NCBI GenBank assembly: GCA_044892525.1 | Contig: CM097886.1 | Coordinates: 31,496,001-31,560,000 of the forward strand | Length of the DNA stretch: 64,000 bases | From: Schmidtea polychroa | Lineage: Eukaryota | Reading direction: 5' to 3' | Shown here: in pieces, positions 1-9,968 of the stretch | Position numbering within the stretch: position 1 is the first letter of the stretch | How the letters are laid out: each line of letters starts with the position of its first letter | Notes under the pieces: model-generated | Told to the model about the DNA's origin: nothing | Databases searched by the model: none | Seen by the model: only the letters and a program-made list of their open reading frames with translations | Translations under genes and position numbers: made by a program

Positions 1-1113
1 GTTGCGACCCAATCGTAGTCATTTTCTGTTATAATATTACACCATATTCAATTCTAGACGATGCCATTGTTCTTTCGAAAATGTGCCTTTGTCAAGAGTA
101 GAGAAATTGAGTCTGTCCAGTAAGCTAATCATCATTTCAATCATTATATCGTCTTTAGTATGATTCTTATCAAATTATTATACACAAAATGTAATTCATT
201 TGGGATATCTACACAAGTAATTGGCATTACATAAAATATTGTACACTTAGAGCCGATTGCAGTCCACTGACCCAATGCTTCTATAAGAATAAAGTTGAGA
301 ATAAAATCGACGTAAAGTAATAGAATATCAATGATCTATTGCTGTTAAGAACGAAAATGGAGTGTTAGCTCCCGAATAAATAAGACTGTAAATTTGAACC
401 AAAAGTAATTGGGAGTGTAAAGATTAGTTCAGTAATGCACAATCAACCATTCTACCGGAAGTATGTTGATAAAACGTGAAAATATAAAAAACACAAGTGT
501 ATTACAATATAGTATAATAATTAATAATTTATTATCTAATAGTTAACAATATATATTTAACTATGTTATGTTCATTTAAATTATTATTTGATCAATTACA
601 TTGCATTCTTTTTCACTAATTTACATACTAAAATCCTGATGATTATAATAATTATTTCAAAAACATGACAAGATAATTAAATTAATTACTTCAATATTAT
701 CTGCTCTATTTGATAGTCTATTTATAATATTTCGTAATTCAGTATTTTCAGCATTCAATGCCTCGATATTTCTCTAAATATATAAATTAATTAATTAAAT
801 AATTCGAATAACGATAATTAAATATGAATTACTGTAGCAATCTATTCTTTAAAAAAATTATAAAAACCATCGAAATTATTTGACTTATTTAGTTGTTCAT
901 TTTAATTTTATAATTATTAACCTCTTAACGGTCGAATTAATATACCGGAAAACCCGGTCAAAAAATAACCATATTTTTTTATTTTATTTTATGAAAAAAT
1001 TAAGTTATTTGGATGTAAGTGATAAGAAAATTTCAACAAAATTGTTAATATTTACTGAAAAAAATATTTTTTTGACAACTGAATTTTTCAATGGATTTGC
1101 CAGAGTATACTCG

Positions 1114-4100
1114 TGTTGGGGTTACACCTCGGCTGACCATTCTACCATGTTGGCGGGTCTAAGGGTTGATTGTCCATCTCGAATAAAAGGTGCCACCGAT
1201 TTGTCAACCTGGAGTGAAACCCCACATAACTTTCTTCCAACATAGTGCCCGTGAATCACTTCACGTTGGTACTGCACTATGCAGGCGAGACGCCAGCAAG
1301 CAGGTGAGCTTCTGCCTTAAAACTACTCCTTGCTGAGGCCTCGACTTCCCATTCACGACTGCCGATAGAAGGGCTTACGTCCATTTCCTTACACAACCAC
1401 CTATCAGGATTCGCTGAATGCAAATTGGGAAATTCTCACTAGATCTTGCGGGTTCTCTACTCAACCCACTTAATTAAAGTCTAATTATTCATGAACGAAA
1501 ACGTGTAAGACAACAAGATTTATTAATTTCAACGTTATGACACAAGGATTCAGCTGTACACTTTACTAATGTTTGTCGAAAGAAGAGAAAACATCATAAT
1601 CAACATAGATCGGATCCTTGTTCCCCATCCTGACCGCCACTGGGGTTTTATTGTTTCTCCCATTCAGTGTCGGCGAATAATTCGTCGAGGTTGAAAAACT
1701 CGGAAGCGTTCTCTTCCCACCTTACGCCAGCGGCTGATATGATTCGCGCTGAGGGTCCCGTTGTTAGGTCGATGGACACGTGAGAGTTGCCACCGTTGGT
1801 TGAGTCCTCTATTGATGGGATGTTTGGCTTTGCAGTAGCGCGCTCGCGCTGTCTCTTCTTGCGCTCTGCACGAGAGAGTTGTTTACGCTTGGGTTTGCTT
1901 GAAGATGCCACTTGCAGAAGGGTGACTGATACAGATGGACTAGCAGTGGGGGGCTTACTGGTACCCGTGATGACAACGTCTGGACGCTTGGGGGACCATT
2001 CGGTTTCGACGCAGTCTCGGCACGGTCTCTTGAACGGTGGAGATGGATTCGAGGAAAGGTTGTGATGAGGCGGAAAGATGTCATCGGCCTCTCGGATGGG
2101 AATCTGCACGATTTTTCGGGTTGTAGCCGCCTGCACGTAAACCTTATGCAGTGCCTCGGATTGTTCTCTGATTAGACTTCTTTGGGCGCGGCTCTCAGAT
2201 ATTAGCGCGTCCCGGCAATGCTCGCTACGATCGAGCTTCTTTTGGATCTCTTTCATCCGAGCGGGACTAAACCATGTCCCTTCCAGCTCGTCTATCTTCC
2301 TCTTGTAACGTCCAATCTGAGTTTGTAGGTCCTTTATCACCGTATTTTTATCCGCGCACGAGAAGCACGGCCGTAATGCCGATTTAGTGGTTGGTAGCAT
2401 GCTTGCTATAAATAATACTAATGAAATGGAGAACATACGATTTTAGAATAAATTAGATACGACCCGCGTCCATTCGTGGATACTTGACCGTCGAAAAGAA
2501 GGAAAACTTATTCTACAATCCGGCTTTACTACGGATCTTAGTTGTTAAAACAGTTTATTTAACCAAATGCCATCGGCTTGACGCATGTTATTAACTTTGA
2601 CTATCTATTGATCTAACTGTATGCATGAGGGACGTAATAATTGATAGGGTGTAAATATAATATTGGTGAAATAATATAATAATACTTTAGTAGAGGGACA
2701 TTATAGTATGCGACCAAACCTTGCTATATGTTATCTATTTTAATTTATTAAAAACAAATTACTATCGCTCTCAACATATTTTTGATTCGAAATTTGTTAT
2801 TGGAAGTGCACTTTTAATTCGGTAGGGAATGTGATTATCTATATTGTCTACCATTGGTCTGAAAATATGTGATGAGTTTACATCAGCCATTACTTTACCA
2901 CCCTCATGGAAAATCCCATCGGTCATAACATATCCAAATTTACGGATACTGCTGTCGACTGGTTGATTACATTATCGACCTATTGTGAATGTCACGTGTC
3001 GCGACTACTATGTATGCTAGTCTGATATTCTGTGCTCTCACCGCATGGATTCGTGTATGGCTACTATCTTATCTCACTCACTTGGTGTATGCCATTTTCA
3101 CGGTGATTTTATCGATCCTGCTGTTGTATGATTTTCTCTGCACAGTGATTTATTTGAGTTATGATTTATGCTACCGCCAGTTCTCATCGCGGAATTTTAC
3201 CCTTATCAACTTGTGTGAATGATCACCATCGTTTGGAAATTTATTGGATCTTTTCAGTGATCGTCGAGGGAATAATTCTACCAAATACTGGAGCATATTA
3301 CTACTCTCGTCATTCTACTCGGATTTGCCTATTCAGATGTAATGCCGTCTCGATGAAACCTGTCCTTTTCTCTCAGGTTCAATAATTTGGATATATACAG
3401 AGATGACCTGGCTCTTATTGTAGAAATAAATGTTATTAATTAAATTTGGTGATATTTTACCTGTTTATAATTTTTGAAATAACTAAGTCTATAAAAACTT
3501 TCTGATTATAATACTAGAGAGGTTTTCGTAGAATCTCGCATTTTATAGTTTCGAGTTAGTTAAAGTTTTTAGAATACTTTCGTAACTTGACATACAATCT
3601 GGACAGGTTAGATGACATTGGGTCTATGATAATGGAATTTCATACGAATTTAGTTCTACTGAGTCCGGCAAATAGACGTTGTCGCAATTAATTTGATAAA
3701 CCCATGTTTCCAGATGAAGCGTACTATGAGATGTTGTTATTTTTGACGAAGTTCACTAAATCGTGGTCTGGATCTCTTTTTTCAATAGGGGTAAGACTTA
3801 CGAAAACGACTTGACGAAAGAAGAATGCGACGCCCTTAATCACTGTGCAAATCCTTGAAAATCCCTTCATTCGTATGACTATCTTTGTGAAATCATTGTC
3901 TACCGGTTATTTTTTATCCATACCCCATTGTGATAATTTAGTCGCATCTTCAGCGATAGGACCCGTGAAGAAGCCTTCACATTTCGGCCCAATCTAGCTG
4001 CGCGATTGAAATACTCCATGTCCACCGGCTGAGCTCCCGAAGGCACCTCATACCATGACATGGAGTATCTCAACTCCACGTTACTCGTTAAATGAAAATT

Positions 4101-4955
4101 CATAAAATCTTTAATTCAGATAAAATACGGACATCTGGATAAAAATATTTTATTGATTCTGAAATACTTAAATAATACAAATTCCATCAATACGTTAAAG
4201 TTATTAAAATGGAGAATCAAATGAAGAGAGTTAACTAAAATGTTTAATCGTTAATATTTAACATTATTATTAGCTTTGCAAATACTTAAATAAATCTATA
4301 AACAAATGAAATACCCCTTACTATTGTTAGGCTGAGTCAAAATTCAATGTTGTTCGTTCCAAATAGTTCTAATGGTGGTCCGTTGGATGTCGATTATTGT
4401 GATGAATGGTATTTCGGTCTCTGAACTGGTTTTGAATAGTTGTGGAGTTTTCTGAATGACGGTTGCTTGGCTAGTAGTGTCGATCCTATGAAATGCTCGG
4501 GGTTAACAGTAAACAGTAAACATTCTTTCTTACCTATGAAATGCTCGGGGTTAACAGTAAATTTAATGTTTTTGGTAGTTGTATATATATCAAATTCTTA
4601 TTTGTGCGGACCAATCAGAGTTGAGTACCGCTTATTTCTATTAATTTAATATAATTTTCTTGTTTTTAGGTTGTTTTTTCCTTATTTTCTTTATTTTTAA
4701 TATGTTTTTCTATTTATTTCCTTAATTTCCTTATTATTTCTTGAATTCCTCTTTATTTATTTGTCAACTTGTTCTATTTTAATCTTTTCTTAATTTTATT
4801 TTTTTTTGTTTTAATTCTTATGTCTTAATTATTATTTTCCTTATATCTTATTCTATTTTATTTCTGATTTTATTTATTTTATTTTTATTTTTCTTAATGT
4901 TCTACTTCCCCACTTTCTTATTTTTCAACGATTAAATTTTCGACTCAGCCCAACA
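1114..4955 (-). repeat. 3' LTR (3,842 bp)
   Basis: TG...CA ends with a 7 bp terminal inverted repeat. Every ORF-track entry inside it recurs with identical translation 26,054 bp downstream. Confidence 0.97.
1648..2436 (-). CDS. LTR-encoded protein (262 aa), coiled coil plus basic NLS-like tract; 3' LTR copy
   Basis: Longest ORF in the LTR. CFSC and CRDC pairs, ELEGTWF, SKPKRKQLSRAERKKRQR, AATAAA at 1519-1524 (minus). A diverged homologue at 49396-49905 supports coding status. Confidence 0.8.
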   Translation of the reverse strand: MFSISLVLFIASMLPTTKSALRPCFSCADKNTVIKDLQTQIGRYKRKIDELEGTWFSPARMKEIQKKLDRSEHCRDALISESRAQRSLIREQSEALHKVYVQAATTRKIVQIPIREADDIFPPHHNLSSNPSPPFKRPCRDCVETEWSPKRPDVVITGTSKPPTASPSVSVTLLQVASSSKPKRKQLSRAERKKRQRERATAKPNIPSIEDSTNGGNSHVSIDLTTGPSARIISAAGVRWEENASEFFNLDELFADTEWEKQ

Positions 4956-5181
4956 AATCACTCGGGGACCCATCAAAATTGCGTCCCGCAATTGCATAAT
5001 TAACTTAATTCATTCATTCAAAAAAAAATATAACACGAACACTGAAAATTATACAACAATGATAAAAATTTTATTGTAAGATCAAGGTCAAAGCAAGACC
5101 AAGCAAGTATCACTTAAGGTGATAGTTGGTACATACAATAAAAGTTTCCACATATAATAACACAAATGTTTGAATTAGAGT

Positions 5182-5850
5182 TTATGAATTGTTAACCATT
5201 GATGCTTCTGCTGGCGGCTGTTGGTTGGTTTGGGTATTGATGTTGAGATAGGTCTGACTATTAGATTTCGGCTGGATTGGTTGATTACTCGGGGTTCGAG
5301 GTCGGAATGGGGTTGGGTTAAGATTTGTCAGGGGCACTTCTTGAGGATTTTGGTTCGAGGTTACTCTTATTGATGTCGAGATTCTACATCTATTTCGAAC
5401 TTCGTAAATTTTCATGAATATTGGTAGACATAGGAGGAGGGTTTCTGCGATCACCACATATATGAGATAATGGGCGTTATTGATTTCGGGAGGTATTTTT
5501 GGCTTTTCTACCAGATTTCCAAAATTCTCTTGTTGCATTTGTTGTTCCAACTGGTCGAATTGTTGAATTTGTTCGAGGATTTGTTTGTTTATCATTTTAC
5601 AAATGGGATTCTTTTTACACATTGTTTGGATGTTGTTGATGTGTGATCGGGTTGATTGAATGGTTTGGATGATATGGGTTTTTATGGTCATCGGGTATGT
5701 GCATTGACTGGATTCTTGTTTAGGTTCTTGATTTTGATTTCGGTAATCTCGTACGATTTTCGGTTGGGCGTCTATTTGTTTGCTCTCCATCAGAATCATC
5801 AATACCATCATTGTTATCATCATCTCGCCTCGCATGATACTATTATACAT
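5182..5850 (-). CDS. Putative type I membrane protein (222 aa)
   Basis: Met-rich signal-like MMITMMVLMILMESKQIDAQ, ectodomain with Cys, TM YLIYVVIAETLLLCLPIFMKI, P/Q/N-rich tail, AATAAA at 5070-5075 (minus). Confidence 0.7.
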   Translation of the reverse strand: MYNSIMRGEMMITMMVLMILMESKQIDAQPKIVRDYRNQNQEPKQESSQCTYPMTIKTHIIQTIQSTRSHINNIQTMCKKNPICKMINKQILEQIQQFDQLEQQMQQENFGNLVEKPKIPPEINNAHYLIYVVIAETLLLCLPIFMKIYEVRNRCRISTSIRVTSNQNPQEVPLTNLNPTPFRPRTPSNQPIQPKSNSQTYLNINTQTNQQPPAEASMVNNS

Positions 5851-5890
5851 TCATTATGTTTATTTACAATTGGTTTTAATGACCCTTAAT

Positions 5891-6643
5891 TTAATGGTTC
5901 TGATTTGGATTATTTTTGCCGATTCTCATCAAGGTGGACTCTGCTTTAATTACCCTGTGTCTTAACTCGGGCAGCATTTCCAATTGTCGGTCTTTTTCAC
6001 GGGCTTCTCTCTTTAGATGTCTAATTTCTTTTTCCAAGCGTCTAATTTCTTCCCTTTTCTTTTCAAGGTTTCTTTTTAGCTCGATTTGTAGGAGATCTTG
6101 TTCGTTTTCTTGCAGGTAATTTTGTTGTTGATGTTTTCTTTCTATTTCTCTATATTTGCGGACCCACTTCCTCATTTCTTTACTTTCCCGTTGGTTTTCT
6201 TCTAGTTGTCGTTTTAATTTATTTATAGCTGTTTGGCGCTCCTTCGCCTCAGTTTTCCAGTAGTCTTGGATTACCTCCTTTGCTTTGAAGCTTGCCCTCT
6301 CTTTCCATAGTTCTTCCGCTATCTTTTCCCAGTTTTTCCCTCGCTTCCTTTGTTCGTGTAGCCATTCATTTTCCTCTTCCGTTTCTCTTTTTATTTCCCC
6401 CAACGCTTCGCACTCTTTCTTTAACACCTTTATCATTTTCCGGTCCTCTAGGTATTTGTTTATTAATCTCCCGTTTTCGTATTTCTCTTCCCGTAACTCG
6501 GCCTTTAGCGTTTGTGTTTCTGTTGTTTCTGCCTCAATCTCTCCCTCTTCTACGTCGCTCATAATTTCTATCATTTCCTCGATTTTCATATCTATAATAT
6601 GTACAGTTAATGGTGCGCTATAGTGCGACTTATACGTATACAT
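5891..6643 (-). CDS. Coiled-coil accessory protein (250 aa; likely start Met19 at 6589)
   Basis: E/K/R-rich heptads with W residues similar in style to the neighbouring 369 aa ORF, no recognisable family. Confidence 0.7.
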   Translation of the reverse strand: MYTYKSHYSAPLTVHIIDMKIEEMIEIMSDVEEGEIEAETTETQTLKAELREEKYENGRLINKYLEDRKMIKVLKKECEALGEIKRETEEENEWLHEQRKRGKNWEKIAEELWKERASFKAKEVIQDYWKTEAKERQTAINKLKRQLEENQRESKEMRKWVRKYREIERKHQQQNYLQENEQDLLQIELKRNLEKKREEIRRLEKEIRHLKREAREKDRQLEMLPELRHRVIKAESTLMRIGKNNPNQNH

Positions 6644-6771
6644 TGATATAAAATTTAATAGTTTGGGTTACAGTCCCTTGAATACTTTTACAATACTTTA
6701 ATTTTTTTTTTTTTTTTTTTTTGTTTGGGATATACGTCCCGGTTTTTAGTTTTTCATCTTTTCATCCACCC

Positions 6772-7881
6772 TTATACGAAGGTTTCCTCCTGGCCTACAT
6801 AACCTTCATCACTATCGACCGCGGGATGTAACTGTATCGCAATAGGGTCGTATGGTAGGTAATATTGGGGGATTTGAGCTCTCAATTCATTAATTTCGTC
6901 TCTTAGAGCTCGAGTGATGTTCAATTCCTCGTCGAGCAGATAGGTGAGATACCTTGTCTCTTCGTCTTTCGCCTCTATCTGTTTGTCTAGGGCCTTGATT
7001 TTCTCGTCGCCCTTCCATTTTTCAATTTCTATTTCTAAGTTTTTAATATTTTCGGTGTACATTTTCCTTTCGTTTTCTAATTTTCTGTTTTTTCCCGCTA
7101 GGACCATGTTTCTTTGTTCCAGCGATCCTTGTAATCCATTAAGGTCTCTTTTCATCTCTTCTACCTGATTTACTAATTCCACAACCCGTCCCGCTTGTTG
7201 GGTTATCATCTCTTCCATTGCGGCATTCTCGTGCTCTCTTATGTCGCACTTCATTGCCAAATGTCGCTCAAACTCCATAGCCTTTGTTTGCCAGGTTTGG
7301 CTTCGGGCGGCGACCTTTCTCAACCTTTTCAATTCTTCCTTTATTATTAAATTCTCCTCCCATTTACCTTGTTCGCTTTCATATCCGAGTCTCATGGGCA
7401 ATTCTTTCATCTCTTTTTTCATTTCTCTGTTTTGTCTTTTCCATTTTCTCGCTTCTGCCACTAAGTGCATCATTTTCCTGTCTTCTATTTGTTTTTCCGC
7501 TTCGCGCTTGGTGTTCTCATCGGTAAGTCTTTTTCTCGCTTCCTGCACTAGCTGCTTTAAGTAGTGGCTGTGTGCTTCTTGGCGGGTATTTTCTAGTGAC
7601 GCCCATTTTGATGCTCTTTTGCATGCTTCTGCTTCCGCTCTTAAGTTGTGTATTAACCATTGGTATTGACTATTCTCATCTTCTCTAGTTTCTTCGATGT
7701 GATTTCGGGTGAGATTAGTTAGTTGGAACATTACTTTGTTCCATTTTTTATTATGTTCTCGGGGAATTTGTGTCTTGTTGACATTGGTTGGGGCTATCGC
7801 AGTTTCGGTTATTTTCTCTTGTGTCATCTCTAAATCATAGACATCGATTAATCTTTTTATTATGAAAAGGAATTTATTCAT
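6772..7881 (-). CDS. Long coiled-coil accessory protein (369 aa; likely start Met19 at 7827)
   Basis: Open 1.1 kb ORF, E/K/R-rich heptads, same strand as the element, no recognisable family. Confidence 0.75.
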   Translation of the reverse strand: MNKFLFIIKRLIDVYDLEMTQEKITETAIAPTNVNKTQIPREHNKKWNKVMFQLTNLTRNHIEETREDENSQYQWLIHNLRAEAEACKRASKWASLENTRQEAHSHYLKQLVQEARKRLTDENTKREAEKQIEDRKMMHLVAEARKWKRQNREMKKEMKELPMRLGYESEQGKWEENLIIKEELKRLRKVAARSQTWQTKAMEFERHLAMKCDIREHENAAMEEMITQQAGRVVELVNQVEEMKRDLNGLQGSLEQRNMVLAGKNRKLENERKMYTENIKNLEIEIEKWKGDEKIKALDKQIEAKDEETRYLTYLLDEELNITRALRDEINELRAQIPQYYLPYDPIAIQLHPAVDSDEGYVGQEETFV

Positions 7882-8019
7882 TATTTACTGTTTCTTGGGA
7901 AATTTTCGCATCATTTTTGGGTTTTCGTATTTAGGGTTTTCATACTATTATTATATAATATTTTATTGGTTATATACACCGATATATACAGATTATTATA
8001 TACAACATTATTCGATTGG

Positions 8020-9363
8020 TTACTCCGTTCTACCCTTCTCCTCTTTCCTCACGGTCATCTTGATATATATGGTATCATTTCCTGTTGCTGATCCTTCTTC
8101 GTTGAGGGGCCTCTGGTAAGCTATTTGATTCCCCGTTGTTTTGAAGCTTTGCTCATGTATACTTTGGTTGTTCATCAGAGTAATATCGATTTTTGCCTGG
8201 AACGGCCATTCTAATATTTCGTCGTATTCTCCTTTACATAACAGAAAGAAAATCGAAAAGTGCGTATCCAATCCGGTTCCGTCCCCGTTGGGATATACCT
8301 TCATTTTCATTTTGTACCCATTTTTCCAAGAATGGAATGTAGGACTTGTTATTCTTGTCTCTTCTCCGGTTTTTGCTTTTCGTATTCTTTCTTTTACTCC
8401 CGTTATTTTCCATATGTAGGGTGCTGTTGGGGTTATCTCATTTAGATTTATTTCCCGTATTTTCTGATGTAGCTCCTTGGCCTGATTATTACTGATTTCT
8501 GTTCGGTTTATTTGCATCTTTATGTTTGCTCGGGCTTCTTCGAACGCTTCCCTTTCTTCTAGTAGTTCTTTGACTAACACTTTCAACGATGTTATCTCTA
8601 TCTCCATTTGTTTTACTTTCTCTTCGCTTTCTTGTAGCGCAGTCGACCACATTTCTGCGTGAGTTGAAGCATTTTCTACTAAATGATGTGGTAACTCACC
8701 TCGGTGTAGTAGTTTCTGACAACCCCATCTACCTAGTACACATGTCATTCTTTTCTTTGCGCATTCCCTTAGATGCTGTGCCACCTTCATTATTTCCCCT
8801 TGGTTACATCCGTTTGGGCATTCCCCACTGAACTCTGCACATACTCTCTCCTCTTGGACATTGTGATGTTTGAGGGTGAGATTTATCCACGTATCTATTT
8901 CTCCACAGTGTTCACATCTTTCCAATCTCTCTTCACACTGCCTTTGATGCTCTTTTTCTTCGCTTGCTCGAATGGTTTTATGGCACCTTTCACACTGGCC
9001 AATTCTGTACATACATTCTCCCATATGTTGTACTACCTTCCATATTACTCCTTTCCATTCGCATGGGGCATTTTTGCATCCCAGGTTGGTGTTTAACATG
9101 TCTTTCACTGCGGCTTTATCCTCGTTAGTGTCTTCTAAACTCGATATTAGTGTCTCTTTACACACCGGGCACCTCTGTGGTCTATTCTTTATTGCTTCAC
9201 TGATACATTCTTTACATACTCTGCATCCACATTGCGTTTGGTGAGGTTCCTTTAACAACTTTTCACATATTCCGCACATAACATGTTTGTGTATTCTGAT
9301 CGTTGTAGATTTTCGGACTTGCTCGACAATCTCTCTGAACTCTTCTCTTTGTCGTTTATCCAT
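8020..9363 (-). CDS. Intronless TRAF-family protein (RING, TRAF zinc fingers, coiled coil, MATH)
   Basis: CGICEKLLKEPHQTQCGCRVCKEC...CPVC; CKNAPCEWKG; CEHC; CPNGC; YIWKI...SPTF...GYKMKMKVYPNGDGTG..THFSIFF....GEYDEILEWPF. The MATH C-terminus looks shortened. Confidence 0.93.
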   Translation of the reverse strand: MDKRQREEFREIVEQVRKSTTIRIHKHVMCGICEKLLKEPHQTQCGCRVCKECISEAIKNRPQRCPVCKETLISSLEDTNEDKAAVKDMLNTNLGCKNAPCEWKGVIWKVVQHMGECMYRIGQCERCHKTIRASEEKEHQRQCEERLERCEHCGEIDTWINLTLKHHNVQEERVCAEFSGECPNGCNQGEIMKVAQHLRECAKKRMTCVLGRWGCQKLLHRGELPHHLVENASTHAEMWSTALQESEEKVKQMEIEITSLKVLVKELLEEREAFEEARANIKMQINRTEISNNQAKELHQKIREINLNEITPTAPYIWKITGVKERIRKAKTGEETRITSPTFHSWKNGYKMKMKVYPNGDGTGLDTHFSIFFLLCKGEYDEILEWPFQAKIDITLMNNQSIHEQSFKTTGNQIAYQRPLNEEGSATGNDTIYIKMTVRKEEKGRTE

Positions 9364-9448
9364 TCTATAATTATATGTACAAATAGTTCTTATCGATACA
9401 GGTTCGATATTTTATTTACAATTATTTACATTTTAAGCTAGGTTTGGT

Positions 9449-9808
9449 TTAGGGTTCGGAAGAGTCGGCTTCGTGCCCGCTCTCCTCTCTATTCATTAGC
9501 CATTCCGACCAGTCTTCTATTTCTGTCTGTTCTGCTTCCTCCCTCATTCGGTCTATTTCAATTTCCTGTCGACGGCTATATTGGGTTATCCTCTCTATCT
9601 CTCTTTGCATTTGTTCGATTTTTAACCTCTGGTCTTCAATTATCTTCAAATAACTAAATCCTCTGTTCATACTCTCGATCAGGTTTCTGTGCATCGTCAG
9701 TCCTTGTTCTTGCAAATTGGACACTAATTGTGCTAATACGGCACATTGTTGCTTCCATAATTCTTCAGTTACTGTATTGTGGTTCATTTCGTTATTTCCT
9801 TGATCCAT
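9449..9808 (-). CDS. Small coiled-coil accessory protein (ATG start at 9808; ORF track starts at 9832)
   Basis: Q/E/R-rich heptad sequence, same strand as the element, acceptor-like AAATTAG before the ATG, AATAAA at 9411-9416 (minus). Confidence 0.6.
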   Translation of the reverse strand: MDQGNNEMNHNTVTEELWKQQCAVLAQLVSNLQEQGLTMHRNLIESMNRGFSYLKIIEDQRLKIEQMQREIERITQYSRRQEIEIDRMREEAEQTEIEDWSEWLMNREESGHEADSSEP

Positions 9809-9968
9809 TCCTAATTTATATACACTTTTCAACTCTTATGTAAATTTAATTTTATTTTATGATTCCCGTTATTGTATAATATTGATACCGCGCTTATATA
9901 GAGATATAGTACTGTTATATACATAAGATATACTTACTTTTTACAATTATATACAGTCATATTCCTTT

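Noticed and set aside
880-1245. 121 aa ORF
   Set aside because: TTG start, spans the host/LTR junction, and is absent at the second LTR, so it is a chance chimera.
2989-3385. Hydrophobic plus-strand ORFs in the LTR (77 and 74 aa)
   Set aside because: Short, antisense to the element, and without a counterpart in the sister solo LTR. Cannot be supported, though not excluded.
3440-4103. Further coding sequence in the LTR (67 aa ORF and adjacent open stretches)
   Set aside because: Looks coding-like but frames are broken by stops and no family or clean splice model emerged.
6702-6722. A21 tract (minus strand) as the poly(A) scar of a retrocopied gene
   Set aside because: No AATAAA upstream and homopolymers are common in this genome.
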